Part shown: one piece after another, positions 42,205 through 53,541 of the stretch
Position numbering within the stretch: position 1 is the stretch's first letter
Layout of the letters: each line of letters opens with the position of its first letter
Origin: Blastocatellia bacterium
GTDB taxonomy: Bacteria; Acidobacteriota; Blastocatellia; UBA7656
NCBI GenBank assembly: GCA_963728545.1
Contig: CAVSKO010000002.1
Span: 1,580,477-1,644,476, forward strand
Reading direction: 5' to 3'
DNA length: 64,000 nucleotides
Notes under the pieces: generated by a model
What the model was told of the DNA's origin: nothing
What the model saw: only the letters and a program-made list of their open reading frames with translations
The model's database searches: none
Position numbers and translations under genes: made by a program

Positions 42205-42807
42205 TTGTCTTATGAAGACGCTATGACGACACCTTCTGCAAATGAAGTCACTAAGCTGCTACTGGATTGGGGCAACGGTGATAAAGCTGCGCTGGACAAA
42301 TTATTTCCGGCGGTCTATCAGGAATTGCGGCGGCTGGCCCGTAACTATATGCGGAGAGAACGGGCGGAGCACACGCTTCAAACTTCGGCGCTGGTCAACG
42401 AGGCGTATCTTCGGCTGGTTGATTACAAGCAAGTGCGCTGGCAGAATCGCGCGCACTTTTATGCGGTAGCCGCACAGGCGATGCGCCGGATACTTGTTGA
42501 CTACGCGCGCGCTCATCGGGCAGCCAAGCGAGGAGCAGGCGGGCAGAAGGTATCATTGGATGAAGCGGCGATAATATCAGAGGAACGGGCTGAGGAGTTG
42601 CTGGCGTTGGATAATGCGCTAAGCAGGCTTGAGCAGTTGGATGAGCGGAAGTGCCGCATAGTGGAGATGCGATACATAAGCGGGCTGAGCGTGGAAGAGG
42701 TGGCAGAGGTGGTCGGCATTTCTGCGCGCACGGTGGAGCGCGAGTGGAGGGCGGCCAAAGCCTGGCTATACCGTGAGATCAGCAAGGGGAGCCGCGATGA
42801 AGCGTGA
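42205..42807 (+). CDS. ECF-type RNA polymerase sigma factor (TIGR02999-like)
   Basis: LLDWGNGDKAALDKLFPAVYQELRRLA...ALVNEAYLRLVD (region 2) and a region-4 HTH (ISGLSVEEVAEVVGISARTVEREW). Confidence 0.8.
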   Translation: MSYEDAMTTPSANEVTKLLLDWGNGDKAALDKLFPAVYQELRRLARNYMRRERAEHTLQTSALVNEAYLRLVDYKQVRWQNRAHFYAVAAQAMRRILVDYARAHRAAKRGAGGQKVSLDEAAIISEERAEELLALDNALSRLEQLDERKCRIVEMRYISGLSVEEVAEVVGISARTVEREWRAAKAWLYREISKGSRDEA

Positions 42808-45625
42808 ACGCTATCAGCAAGTTGATGAGGTGTTTCAAGCCGCGCTTGATTGCGACCCGACAGAGCGCGCAGCCTTCCTCGATCATGCCTGCAAGGGCGA
42901 CCTGGCTCTGCGCAACGAAGTCGAGTCTCTAATCAAATCGCACGAGCAAGCCCATAGCTTCATGCTATCTCCTATGCTTGAGCAGAGCATGGAAATACTT
43001 ACGAACGATGTAGTCCAATCCGTGGTGGGCCGCCTCATCGGACCATACAAGATCATACGCGAAATCGGCCATGGCGGAATGGGGACGGTCTACCTGGGCA
43101 TGCGCGCAGACGACCAGTACAAGAAGCGTGTCGCCATCAAGCTGGTCCGTCGCGGCATGGACACGGACAACATCCTCAGCCGCTTCCGCCACGAACGGCA
43201 GATACTTGCAAGCCTCGATCATCCCAACATCGCGCGGCTGCTTGAAGGCGGTACTACTGAAGATGGCTTGTCATACTTCGTGATGGAATACATCGAAGGG
43301 CAGACCATTGATGAGTATTGCGACGCGCAGAAGCTTTCGACTCATGAACGGTTGAATCTGTTTCGCACGGTTTGCTCGGCTGTTCATTACGCTCATCAGA
43401 GCCTGGTCGTACACCGCGACATCAAGCCTTCTAACATTCTGGTCACGGCTGGAGGCATTCCGAAGCTTCTGGACTTCGGCATCGCGAAGCTGCTCAGGCC
43501 AGAGATGTATGCGCAAACGATTGCGCCGACCGAGACTATGGTTCGCCCTATGACGCCCGACTATGCAAGCCCCGAACAGGTCAGAGGTCAGCCCATCACG
43601 ACTGCAAGCGATGTTTATTCACTGGGAGTGCTGCTCTACGAATTGCTGACGGGCCATCGCCCGTATCGGCTCAAGAACTCGTTGCCGCATGAGATTGAGC
43701 AAATCATCTGCGAGCAGGAGCCTGAAAGGCCCAGCACTGCAGTCAAACGCACCGAGGAAGTGCCAAGCTCGACGGGCGCGGGCAAGATCACACTGACGCC
43801 TGAGCTTGTAAGCAAAACACGGGAGGGTCAGCCTGACAAGCTGCGCCGACGGCTCGCGGGCGACCTCGACAATATAGTGCTGATGGCGATGCGCAAGGAG
43901 CCGCGTCGGCGCTTCGGCTCGGCCGAGCAGTTTTCCGAAGACATCCGTCGCCATCTTGAGGGACTGCCGGTAAAGGCGCGCAAAGACACATTCCCGTATC
44001 GCGCGTCGAAATTCATCCGGCGTCACAAGGCTGCGGTTGTTATCGCAGCGGCGTTTCTGATTCTCGTCTTCAGTTTCGTCGCCGTGACGATCAGTCAATC
44101 CATTCGAGCGAATCGAGAGCGAGAGAAAGCCGAGCGCGTCGCGGCATTCCTGGTGGAGTTGTTTCAAGTCTCAGACCCGAGTCAATCGAAAGGCAGCGAG
44201 ATAAAAGCGCGAGAGATTTTAGACAAAGGTGCGGAGCGAATTGAAAAAGAACTCGGCGATCAACCCGAAGTGGAAGCGAAATTGTTGGAGACGGTCGGGA
44301 CGGTGTACCGGACGCTTGATTTGTACAAGGAAGCCCGCCCGCTGCTCGAAAAATCTCTGGCAATCCGGCGCGGTTTGTTTGGCGAAGAGAATTTGGAGGT
44401 GGCGCAAAGCGAAAGAGAACTCGGATTTGTATACGAGCGTCAGGGCGAGATTGCGAAGGCGATTGAGTTATTTCGTCAATCGCTCGCCACGCGACGAAAA
44501 CTCTTACCTTCGCAGCACAAAGATATTGCCCAAACCATTAGCGACCTCGCCACAACTTTAGGTCAGTTAAGGCAGGCGAAGGAAGATGAAGAGGCCCTGC
44601 CGCTGTTTTATGAAGCGTTGAATATGCGCCGCAAGCTGTTCGGCAACGAACACGAGGACGTGGCGCAAAGCCTGAATAACTTCGCGCTGTTTTTGCAAGA
44701 AAGAGGCGACTACGCGGCAGCCGAGCCAATGTTGCGAGAGGCTATAGCGATTGACCGCAAAATCTATGATGGCGATGATCCCGCTTTTGCCACAAATCTG
44801 AATAACCTGGCCTTAGTGCTGAGTAACAAGGGCGACCAGGCGGGCGCAGAACAGTTTTACCGCGAATCGCTTCAGATGAACCGGAGATTGTTCGGCGCGG
44901 ATAGTTTCGGATTGGTCATCTCGTTGAACAATCTCGCAGAGGTGTTGCGCGAAGAAGAAAAGTTCGACGAGGCGGAACCGCTCTACCGCGAAGCTCTGGC
45001 AATCGCTCAAAAGCGCGTCGGAAAAGAGCATCCTTATTTTGCAATCTTCACAAATAATCTGGCGAGATTGCTGCACGACAAAGGCGACCTCGCCGCTGCG
45101 GAATCGCTTTACCGGGAGGCGCAGACGATGTACCGCAAAGCTTTCGGCGACGAGCATCCGCGCACAGCGAAAAATCTCGATAACCTTGCGGCATTGCAGT
45201 ACGACAAAGGCGACCGCACGGCGGCGGAAGCTATGTATCGCAACGCGCTTGAGATTCAACGAAAGAAATTGCCGAAAGATCATAAGGACATTGCACTGTC
45301 GCTCGTCGGGTTGGGCAAAGTTATAGTCAGCAAAGGCAAGGCGCAAGAGGCAGAATCGTTGCTGCGTGAAGGGCTTGAAATCTGCCGCAGCAAGTTGCTC
45401 AAAGAGCACCCTGCTATCGGCGACGCAGCCATCGCGCTCGGCAATTGTTTGACCGCGCTCGGAAAATATGACGAAGCCGAAGCCCTGCTTCTTGAAGGTT
45501 ACGAAATAAGCAAAGCCAAACGCGGCGATCAAGACAAACAAACCAGGCTCGCGCTGGCTCGCTTAATTAACCTCTACAAAGTTTGGGACAAGCCAGACAA
45601 GCTCGCCCTTTATCGCGACAAGTGA
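42797..45625 (+). CDS. Ser/Thr protein kinase with one TM segment and a long C-terminal TPR region. It overlaps the sigma-factor stop by 11 nt.
   Basis: Kinase motifs GHGGMGTVY, VAIK, HRDIKPSNIL, DFGIAK. TM segment AAVVIAAAFLILVFSFVAV. Many TPR-like repeats (LNNLA.L....G....AE.LYREAL). Confidence 0.8.
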   Translation: MKRERYQQVDEVFQAALDCDPTERAAFLDHACKGDLALRNEVESLIKSHEQAHSFMLSPMLEQSMEILTNDVVQSVVGRLIGPYKIIREIGHGGMGTVYLGMRADDQYKKRVAIKLVRRGMDTDNILSRFRHERQILASLDHPNIARLLEGGTTEDGLSYFVMEYIEGQTIDEYCDAQKLSTHERLNLFRTVCSAVHYAHQSLVVHRDIKPSNILVTAGGIPKLLDFGIAKLLRPEMYAQTIAPTETMVRPMTPDYASPEQVRGQPITTASDVYSLGVLLYELLTGHRPYRLKNSLPHEIEQIICEQEPERPSTAVKRTEEVPSSTGAGKITLTPELVSKTREGQPDKLRRRLAGDLDNIVLMAMRKEPRRRFGSAEQFSEDIRRHLEGLPVKARKDTFPYRASKFIRRHKAAVVIAAAFLILVFSFVAVTISQSIRANREREKAERVAAFLVELFQVSDPSQSKGSEIKAREILDKGAERIEKELGDQPEVEAKLLETVGTVYRTLDLYKEARPLLEKSLAIRRGLFGEENLEVAQSERELGFVYERQGEIAKAIELFRQSLATRRKLLPSQHKDIAQTISDLATTLGQLRQAKEDEEALPLFYEALNMRRKLFGNEHEDVAQSLNNFALFLQERGDYAAAEPMLREAIAIDRKIYDGDDPAFATNLNNLALVLSNKGDQAGAEQFYRESLQMNRRLFGADSFGLVISLNNLAEVLREEEKFDEAEPLYREALAIAQKRVGKEHPYFAIFTNNLARLLHDKGDLAAAESLYREAQTMYRKAFGDEHPRTAKNLDNLAALQYDKGDRTAAEAMYRNALEIQRKKLPKDHKDIALSLVGLGKVIVSKGKAQEAESLLREGLEICRSKLLKEHPAIGDAAIALGNCLTALGKYDEAEALLLEGYEISKAKRGDQDKQTRLALARLINLYKVWDKPDKLALYRDK

Positions 45626-45745
45626 CTTGAGCAGGGCCTCAAGCTCGGCCTAACACGCCTATTCATCTCAGCCGGCGCGTGACCCTAAGGCTAACAATAG
45701 CAGAGATGGGATTTCCATCTCTGCTATTGTACGCCACCTTGGAAG

Positions 45746-48010
45746 TCAAAAACGGCGGTAGAACTTGGTGACAAAGGCATCTTGACTGCCTTGTAGGGTT
45801 GAGCTGGTATTCTTGCGAGGGAAATTGCTGGATTTTGTATAGCCAGTTACATAAATGCCCGATGTCGAAGCTGCAATCCTTCGCCCATCTTCGTCGCCAC
45901 TGCCGCCCAGATATGTGGAATAGCGTCGAGAGCCGTCGTTGCTATCTAGAATCGTGACGAAGGCATCTCTGCCGCCACTATAGCCTGAAGTGTCCACGCC
46001 CGTTGTTGGGAAATCGCTTGAGTAGGTTTCCCCCGTCAGGTAGATAGAACTTCCAAAGCAAGCGATGCCATATCCTTTGTCTATATAGCTACCGCCGAGG
46101 TATCCCGAGAGAGTGTAAGTGGGAGGGGTTATCTTCATGACGAAAGCATCAGTGAGACCGTTTAGATTGTTGCTTAAATGGCCCCCTGTTGTTGGGAAGT
46201 CTGGTGAGCTAGTGGCTCCCGTTACATAGAAACCAGTATCAAATGGCGCCACAATCCTAAAACCATCCTCGACGTTGCTGCCGCCAAGATAAGCTGAAAA
46301 CTCTGCCGTTGTGCCGTCGATGCTCATTTTTGTAGCGAAAGCATCTCTAGAGCCACCCAAGTGTTGACCAAAAGTTGTCCCGCGAATAGGGAAATCAGGT
46401 GATTGGGTTGAGCCAATAACGTAGGCTTTGCCGTCATTGTCCACAGCAATGTCGACACCTGTATCATTAAGGCTGCCCCCTAGATAAGTTGAATACTCGA
46501 GGGCGGCTCCACCACCCGCTATCTTTGTCACAAAGGCGTCCTGGCCACCGCCATACCCATTTTGAAATGGGTTGACACGCGGGAAGTCGCCGGAATCAGT
46601 GTATCCGGTTACATAAGCTGATCCGCAAGGTTCAATAACTGGAGCCTGGCAGGCATCAACAGCGATCCCGTTAGCCGAGTCTACGCCGTTGCCACCAAGA
46701 TAAGTTGAAAACAACACTGAGCCGGAAGCATTCAACCTGGCTACAAAAGCGTCCGTAGTGCCGGAGAGATCATCATCCCATACACCCGATGGAGGCCAAG
46801 TAGGGAAATCCCCGGAAGAAGTTTGTCCCGTCACATAGGCCGTTTCGCCGTATTGAGCGTCAAAGCCTACTGCGATAGCATGACCTCGATCATTGCCGCC
46901 GCCTCCGAGAATTACTGAATAGAGGACTGAAGTGCCGGTAGGATTCAATTTCTTCACAAAAACGTCATTGCTTCCGTCGAAACTCGCGGAGGAAGTGACC
47001 CCGGCAACGTAAACATTGTCAGACGAGTCAACCGCGATCCCAAGGCCCATCTCCACACCGGACTCACCGAGATACCTTGAATAAATCACCGCATTGAGTA
47101 CGGGATCGATAACTAAGGGTTTGGTAATATCATACCCTGCTACCTGAAAACCGATCTCGCGTTTTCCTTTCACAATAAATCGGCAAGGGATTTCCTTCTT
47201 TATACCATCCACTTCCTGGTAAGCAATGGGCTTGTGCTGGCGAAGACATCCGCCCGATGTGTGCAGGAGCAAATCACCTTGCGAATCCACATACATCCTT
47301 CGCACGCCTTCAAAAGCCATCTTTATCGCGCGAGGATTCGCACCGGCAGCTACCAAGAAGTCATATTCAAGCTGCTGCTGATTGCCGTGGTAGATCAGAT
47401 CTACTCCCGGATAGACCTCCTCATACTTCACCCTGCCGAAATTCGGGATGTCCGTCCGCCACTTTGTAGCATCCGTACCTATGAAATAATTGCTCCTGGT
47501 CGGCAATTGATCTAGCCCTTCTGCCTGTGGTGAGCCGTTGGCTCCAACGAGCCTCATGTGAAACGCCGCCGGTTTTTGATTCCGGGTTTTGGTTTTCTGA
47601 TTTAGATCAGAAAATGCTACTACGGCTTCAGTTGGGGAGAGAGAGAGGCGGTAGCCATTGCAGCTTGAGGTAAAGTTTACCTGTGGATCAGCCTGCCCTT
47701 GATTGGCTTCAAAACTAAGTGGCAATTTCCCATAAGCTTGACTCAGTTTAACTTTATCCACAGAATTTGGCTCAGGCAGTGCGTTGCTAAAATAAGAATC
47801 ATCACCAATCGTATCGCTTCCTGATAGCGTCTGGTCTGAGCGATCCGAAGATCTTGCTTCAGCAAAAATAGATAACGGGGCGGCTTTAGCGACCGTGAGG
47901 GCCGATGGACAGACCATTTCAAAGTAAACTGAAAGGGTGCCGGTAATCAGCATAGCTATCAGCGCTGTTGTTAAGCCGAAAACGTGTGTGTCAGATTTTA
48001 TCCTTTTCAT
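45746..48010 (-). CDS. Secreted SBBP (beta-propeller) repeat protein
   Basis: Signal/TM N-terminus. Repeated ...YVTG.T.S.DFP......GG.DAFV.K(L/I) units at least six times. Confidence 0.6.
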   Translation of the reverse strand: MKRIKSDTHVFGLTTALIAMLITGTLSVYFEMVCPSALTVAKAAPLSIFAEARSSDRSDQTLSGSDTIGDDSYFSNALPEPNSVDKVKLSQAYGKLPLSFEANQGQADPQVNFTSSCNGYRLSLSPTEAVVAFSDLNQKTKTRNQKPAAFHMRLVGANGSPQAEGLDQLPTRSNYFIGTDATKWRTDIPNFGRVKYEEVYPGVDLIYHGNQQQLEYDFLVAAGANPRAIKMAFEGVRRMYVDSQGDLLLHTSGGCLRQHKPIAYQEVDGIKKEIPCRFIVKGKREIGFQVAGYDITKPLVIDPVLNAVIYSRYLGESGVEMGLGIAVDSSDNVYVAGVTSSASFDGSNDVFVKKLNPTGTSVLYSVILGGGGNDRGHAIAVGFDAQYGETAYVTGQTSSGDFPTWPPSGVWDDDLSGTTDAFVARLNASGSVLFSTYLGGNGVDSANGIAVDACQAPVIEPCGSAYVTGYTDSGDFPRVNPFQNGYGGGQDAFVTKIAGGGAALEYSTYLGGSLNDTGVDIAVDNDGKAYVIGSTQSPDFPIRGTTFGQHLGGSRDAFATKMSIDGTTAEFSAYLGGSNVEDGFRIVAPFDTGFYVTGATSSPDFPTTGGHLSNNLNGLTDAFVMKITPPTYTLSGYLGGSYIDKGYGIACFGSSIYLTGETYSSDFPTTGVDTSGYSGGRDAFVTILDSNDGSRRYSTYLGGSGDEDGRRIAASTSGIYVTGYTKSSNFPRKNTSSTLQGSQDAFVTKFYRRF

Positions 48011-48593
48011 TTCAATTCCTCCTTACGTTAAGCCCCATCAAGGTTTGGAGTACTGGTTTGATGAGGCGCAAAAACCAACGTCAATCAGAGCATGCTAGAG
48101 GCTCAAACTTGCTCAGCTTCTGATCAAGTTCAGGCCCTTCTTAGTGCCCTTAATTACTAAAGCGCAATTAGAGCCTGAAACCCGACATGCCCATGTCCGC
48201 ATTTTTTAGGAACTCTGAGAGGACTTTCACGGAAAAGACAAGAAGCTTTCGAATAGGGAGGTCAAGGCAATCAAGTTGATGAGGCGGGCCTTGAGTGTGA
48301 CACCGCCCAACTTTGGATGAGGATTGCGGCAATCTTTCTTAATTAAATCGATTGCAACTCTAACGGTCCTTTACGCATGTCTTGATTGCAAGCCAGGATT
48401 CCAGATCGGCAAGAAATTCAAAACTTGCTATTGAATCAATTTTACCTTTGGCATATTATAGGCCGCGTCCGATTCCACTGGGATCATCAGTCGCTCAAAT
48501 TCCTCTTTACCTGACATCCCAATCTGGTTAACTGCTTCGCAACTAGATATCCCTGGTCCCTGGCCCCGGATACCTCACTTAGGAGGTTACAAA

Positions 48594-50624
48594 ATGAGAA
48601 CTCGAAGAGATGCAAAGAGATTAGTGTTTCTAGTGTTGATTGTAATATGTCTTACGGTCTGTTCGACTATGTGGCTGAAATTGACGCCCGTGCGCGCCCA
48701 ATCTTCAACAGCCGATAGACTGCGAGAGGCCCGAGCGGCATTAGTGCAGGCCCAATCGAAAGAGAAATTTCTTAAAACCAAAAAAGCCGGTCATACTGCG
48801 GAAGCAATTCTAAGGGAATACAATGCAGCAGTCGAGGCGCGCGTTGCAGAGCTATTTGCAAGAGTGAAAGTACTCAGCGAATTAATGGGAGAAAATACAA
48901 CTTCTCCATTTGATGTTCGAGGCGAGAAGGGTAAAGCAAAAGAGAAAGGGCCGGACCCGGCGCTGGCCTCAGAGTACGAGGCTTTGCAATCCGAGCTTGC
49001 TGCTATCAACCCTGAGCCTTTATCTCCAGGGAACATAAATGCCCTGATGGAAAGTGAGCCGAACAACACGTTTGCGACTGCCAACCCACTCGGCCTGGAC
49101 GCTAACAATTGCCGCGTGGCTACAGGCGCGATCACTGCGGGCGACATAGATATTTGGTCATTCACGGCCCCCGCAGGCTCCAGAGTATGGGCCTATGTAG
49201 ATACGGGCGGAGGCCAATCTTCACCTGCAAATGACCGGGATACGTTCTTGACCCTTTTCAATTTTTCAACTCTCGAAGAGGATGATGATGACGGAACCGG
49301 CAACGGCTGTGACTCAGGCACCGAAACCGGTTTTTCCTCAACCATATCAGGCAGGTCGCTCGCGCTTGCAGGGACATACTTCCTTATCGTAGAAGGGTTC
49401 GACCCGTCAAGCGTTGCTAACCCGTACAGGCTGTTTGTCGTCGTAACGACAGGAGCCGGCTCTGCGGAAGTCGAGCCGAACAACACGGCTGCGACAGCAA
49501 ACCCGGGATTGGTGAGCGGAAATGTCGTGGTTAAGACCGGCTCGATCACGCCCGCCGGGGACGCGGATTTCTTCACGATAGTGGCGAATGCCGACGATGT
49601 CTTTTACATCAGCGGAGACGGCAACCCTGAGCGCGATGCGACGAACACGGACCTGGTCTTAGATATAACCCACCCAGATGGAAGGACCCTGATGCAGCCC
49701 CCCGCCGACAGCGGGATTGGCGGCAGCGCTACCAATCCCGAAGGCGAAAGCTTCTGTATAGCAACGCCGATGGACGGAATATACACTGTGAGTGTTTCTG
49801 GTTTTGGCACCTCGACCGGCACGTATGGTTTGATGGTTGCTAGGTGTAGCGCAAAATCTGTATGCCCCGTGACAATGTTTACGGGAGTACTCGGTCTAAA
49901 CAGCACGGAATATCCCGGCGTAAGCGGCACACAGAATGGTCGCCTCAATCGCTTCATAGATCAGACCGGCGCGTGCAACAACATCAGGACGTGTCCGGGC
50001 CTATTTACAATCGTGGGCGCTCGACCGTTTGATGCTTACTCGTTCACAAATGCGAGTGCTAACACAGTCTGTGTCACTGTAGATGTTGACGCTCAGGCTT
50101 GCGTAGGCAACAATTTCCTTGTAGTCGCCGCCTACCTGGGTTCTTATAATTCGGGCAACCAGTGTCTGAACTATCTGGCAGACATTGGCGGTAGCCCGAA
50201 TCCGGTCGGGTCGTTTTCGTTAAACGTTCAAGCGGGAACAATTTTCACGCTGGTTATCATTGCGGCGAACGCAAGCCCGACAGTCTGCACCACACCTTAC
50301 AAAGTGACGGTCGTCGGTTTGCCGACTTTCTCAAGAACCATAAGGGATGACACTACCGGCAACACGCTGCTATTCGACCCGCTCACTGGTAATTACAAGT
50401 TCACCTCTTGTTCAACCGGAATGATGGTGACCGGAACTGGCGGAGCATTTATGCCCCCCGGCTGCACCCTGTTCTTTGGGGGAGGCGGACCAAGCAGCAC
50501 TGTTTCTGCGATGATAGATCTTTGTACTGGCGTGGGCAGCGCGACGATAACTATCCCCTCGACGCCTCCACCTGTTAGCCTCAGCGATAGCAACGTCAAT
50601 AACAACACCTGCTTCTGCCCTTGA
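48594..50624 (+). CDS. Secreted protein with two pre-peptidase C-terminal (PPC)-like domains
   Basis: GGAGG RBS, signal peptide. EPNNTFATANPL...DIDIWSF.APAGSRVWAYVDTGG and EVEPNNTAATANPG...GDADFFTIVANADDVFYISGDGN. Confidence 0.5.
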   Translation: MRTRRDAKRLVFLVLIVICLTVCSTMWLKLTPVRAQSSTADRLREARAALVQAQSKEKFLKTKKAGHTAEAILREYNAAVEARVAELFARVKVLSELMGENTTSPFDVRGEKGKAKEKGPDPALASEYEALQSELAAINPEPLSPGNINALMESEPNNTFATANPLGLDANNCRVATGAITAGDIDIWSFTAPAGSRVWAYVDTGGGQSSPANDRDTFLTLFNFSTLEEDDDDGTGNGCDSGTETGFSSTISGRSLALAGTYFLIVEGFDPSSVANPYRLFVVVTTGAGSAEVEPNNTAATANPGLVSGNVVVKTGSITPAGDADFFTIVANADDVFYISGDGNPERDATNTDLVLDITHPDGRTLMQPPADSGIGGSATNPEGESFCIATPMDGIYTVSVSGFGTSTGTYGLMVARCSAKSVCPVTMFTGVLGLNSTEYPGVSGTQNGRLNRFIDQTGACNNIRTCPGLFTIVGARPFDAYSFTNASANTVCVTVDVDAQACVGNNFLVVAAYLGSYNSGNQCLNYLADIGGSPNPVGSFSLNVQAGTIFTLVIIAANASPTVCTTPYKVTVVGLPTFSRTIRDDTTGNTLLFDPLTGNYKFTSCSTGMMVTGTGGAFMPPGCTLFFGGGGPSSTVSAMIDLCTGVGSATITIPSTPPPVSLSDSNVNNNTCFCP

Positions 50625-51581
50625 GTTGAGGCTTAAGGTGTTGGAGCAGGCATGAAATGCATGTGGACCTGATAGCATTCGGTCTATACAAAGGCGACTT
50701 TGTTTATTTCGCCGGTAACGAGGAACCGGACCTCAAGCTAGACAGCTTGATCGAAGTCGCAAAGGAGAAATAACCATACGGGGCCGTGAGTGTGACGCGG
50801 CTCTATGTTTTATAATCGGAATTAACAGAGATGAATGTGCGATTTGTAGCATTAAACCAGATGACGCACCTGGGAATGCCTCAAAGCCCAACCATCTAAT
50901 GATACTTTGATCTGGGTGTATTCTTTGGCTGAATTACACGGCAACTTCGCTCTCAGTACATAGTTGATTCATCCGCTTTACCAAACGAGCTTGCTTGCTT
51001 GCAGCAAATCTGTTTATGAATACTGAATCGCGAGTCATCCAGCGCGAAACATCTGATGGTTTCACTCCAACAACGAGCGCCGTATACCTGACGCTACAAC
51101 CTGAAGCGAGCAGCGCAATGGCATTAACTTGTTCAACTGAGAGCATCTTTCCAATCTTTTTGTTCATATTCAATGCCTAGCCCGGTTTCAATTATTAATT
51201 GATGTGTTGCACCCATTCGGACACTTCCAGTAGCCTTTCGGCAACCTCAACCCTTTTGGCTTTATGGCCCAGGTCTTTGCACACCTTGAGCATCTGAGCG
51301 TCAATAATTCTGATTTAACAAGCTTGACTCCTACCTTCTTGAGCTGGTTGTTAGATGGTTCGTGAGGTATCAACATTGCAGTCCTTAATCTGAACCCCTC
51401 TATCGAGTAATATGTATAATATGAGCTTGATTCCCCTTATTCCTTTTTCAATAAGGCGCGAACGAAATGAGTTTCAAAAACATGCTTTCAATGTACACCG
51501 CCGCCTGGTCTTCCTGTGCGGGCTAACGGTTCGCATCAGCGGGGCCGTGAGCTGCGCTGATGTTTTATGCGAAACTCGCGC

Positions 51582-51609
51582 ACGCGGCCTCCGCTGCATG
51601 CGCTTGTTA
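51582..51609 (+). repeat. 28-bp dispersed repeat, copy 2
   Basis: See copy 1. The upstream GGGGCCGTGAG..ATGTTTTAT segment also recurs at about 50787-50830. Confidence 0.7.
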
Positions 51610-51642
51610 GATTGCGTCTTGGCTACTACCCGCTGTCGTTTA

Positions 51643-52893
51643 TCAATCCAGCAACCGAGAAAGCCAGTGTATTGTGTTGAGTGCCAATTGCCTATTGTCT
51701 GTGTTTGGATAATTCATTCCAAACGCGCGGCCTTTATTATCTATCTGTGCTGTTAGCATACCCGCTTCGCCCAAGACTATTACTCTACCTTTCCCATACT
51801 TCATTGCAATACCCTGCGCGCGACCAGCAGCAGAAACCGTCGTTTTATTTGGCGGGAAAGTATCAACCGCAGTATCAGGAAGCTTCAGCAATGCCACGCT
51901 GTCTTTGGGTCCATTAAGTGATTGTCCGGTGAACGTAACTACACGGCTGACTCGCTCACGCGAATCTTGACCGCGTGTAATCGCATGGTCGGCGAGAAGC
52001 TTGTTGTCGCGCGAGAATAGAATGTCCCCCAGCTCTTTATCTTGGCTGGATGGATCATCCGTATACCCTTTACTCATACCCACACCGAATCGCTTTGCTA
52101 GAATCTCAGCCGCCGCACCCATCGGGGCGTGATCGGCGATGAAAAGCAATGATCCGCCCGCGCGAACCCAATCGCGCACAGTATCAGATTCTTCATCAGT
52201 AAAGGCTGGACTGGTACGCTGCCCGCGAGGCCCCGCCGCATTGACGATCACAAGTATCTCATATTCAGTGAGCGTACTCTGCTGAAACTTCTCTTTGTTG
52301 GGAACAACGACGTAGCCGTCATTTGTGATGAGGTCAACAAACGGCTTGTAAAGACCGGATGCCGTGTGGACATTGTTATGAGCCTCGTCAAAAAGCACTT
52401 TGGGATGTTTCTTAGTATATGCGGGGTTGGAAACTCGCGCGTCGAAGTTCGGGTCGGCTTGCTGCGCTGGAATAATTTGCGCGCTGAAAGTTCCTTTCCA
52501 CATACCAACTAAATCACGCACGGTAGCAGATTCAGATCGAGTTAGACTCCATGTGCCTGTTGCGATCCTTTGACTTTTTTCTAATACCTCAAGCGTACCG
52601 CCAAGTTTGTTATCAGCCAGTTTCCCGACAAAGCGCACCTCCGCGCCGCCGATTTCTGTCGAGAAAGATATATCGCTGTCGCCCACTCTGATATTTCGCA
52701 CGGGATTTGAGAACTCCTGTCCGGCGGCATTGAATTTAGCTTCGGCTTTCCACTCTGTCGCTTCACGAGCCAATGTTAATTCCATTTTGACTGACGAGAA
52801 AGGCGACTGACCGAAGCCGGAAGTCACTGCTGTGAAAACCAGAGTAAAAAGAACTAAAACGGTAGAGAATAAAAGATTGAAATTCTTACGCAT
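51643..52893 (-). CDS. Secreted hypothetical protein (DUF4350-like; class-I glutamine-amidotransferase-like fold suspected)
   Basis: Signal peptide. KVLFDEAHNN...ILVIVNAAGP...GGSLLFIADHAPMGAA...RVIVLGEAGMLTAQ. Confidence 0.3.
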   Translation of the reverse strand: MRKNFNLLFSTVLVLFTLVFTAVTSGFGQSPFSSVKMELTLAREATEWKAEAKFNAAGQEFSNPVRNIRVGDSDISFSTEIGGAEVRFVGKLADNKLGGTLEVLEKSQRIATGTWSLTRSESATVRDLVGMWKGTFSAQIIPAQQADPNFDARVSNPAYTKKHPKVLFDEAHNNVHTASGLYKPFVDLITNDGYVVVPNKEKFQQSTLTEYEILVIVNAAGPRGQRTSPAFTDEESDTVRDWVRAGGSLLFIADHAPMGAAAEILAKRFGVGMSKGYTDDPSSQDKELGDILFSRDNKLLADHAITRGQDSRERVSRVVTFTGQSLNGPKDSVALLKLPDTAVDTFPPNKTTVSAAGRAQGIAMKYGKGRVIVLGEAGMLTAQIDNKGRAFGMNYPNTDNRQLALNTIHWLSRLLD

Positions 52894-53181
52894 GGATGCA
52901 CCTCATTTTAAACTCACCTGCGAATTTCACCGTGGCACTTGGTGTCGCCAGGTTAGCAATAATAGTAAGGCAAGGTGCCTCCTGCCAATTGAACTAACAC
53001 TTATAGCTTATCGGGGCATAGCTGCATCGTCAAACCTCGCCGCTGGAATTAGCGCAGTGCGAAAAAGGGCAACATGCAAATAAGTTGAAATCGCGCAAGA
53101 GTATAAGATTACCTGCGTCCAGTTTTAACGAAAGCAATCTAACGCGCGCATTGTGTTGATGGAATAATACGAAATCCGTTT

Positions 53182-53209
53182 CGCGGCCTCCGCTGCATGC
53201 GCTTGTTAG
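53182..53209 (+). repeat. 28-bp dispersed repeat, copy 3
   Basis: See copy 1. Copies 2 and 3 bracket the DUF4350-like gene. Confidence 0.7.
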
Positions 53210-53541
53210 ACCCCGGCCCATACGACTAGCTTGGGTATCATTCTTAGAAAGCTGCGGCAAATGAAAGAATTACCCGGAAACCAAACTCTATTAACTAGGA
53301 TTTTGTGCTATAACATCTTTTTCGATTGCCATTAGTGGTATGAATGAATCCAAAATAAGTTTAGCGAGCTTAATTGCTTCACTGGCAGCAGTCTTCTATT
53401 GCAGCAACTTCCACAACTACCTACCTCCTGGTCAATCCCGGTAGTGGGAGGGCATCCACTGGATAATGCTTCCCGGCGCATGCCCTCCCTGTTTCGACCT
53501 TCTAATCACTCATGCATAATGCGACATATCCACCGTCGCTA

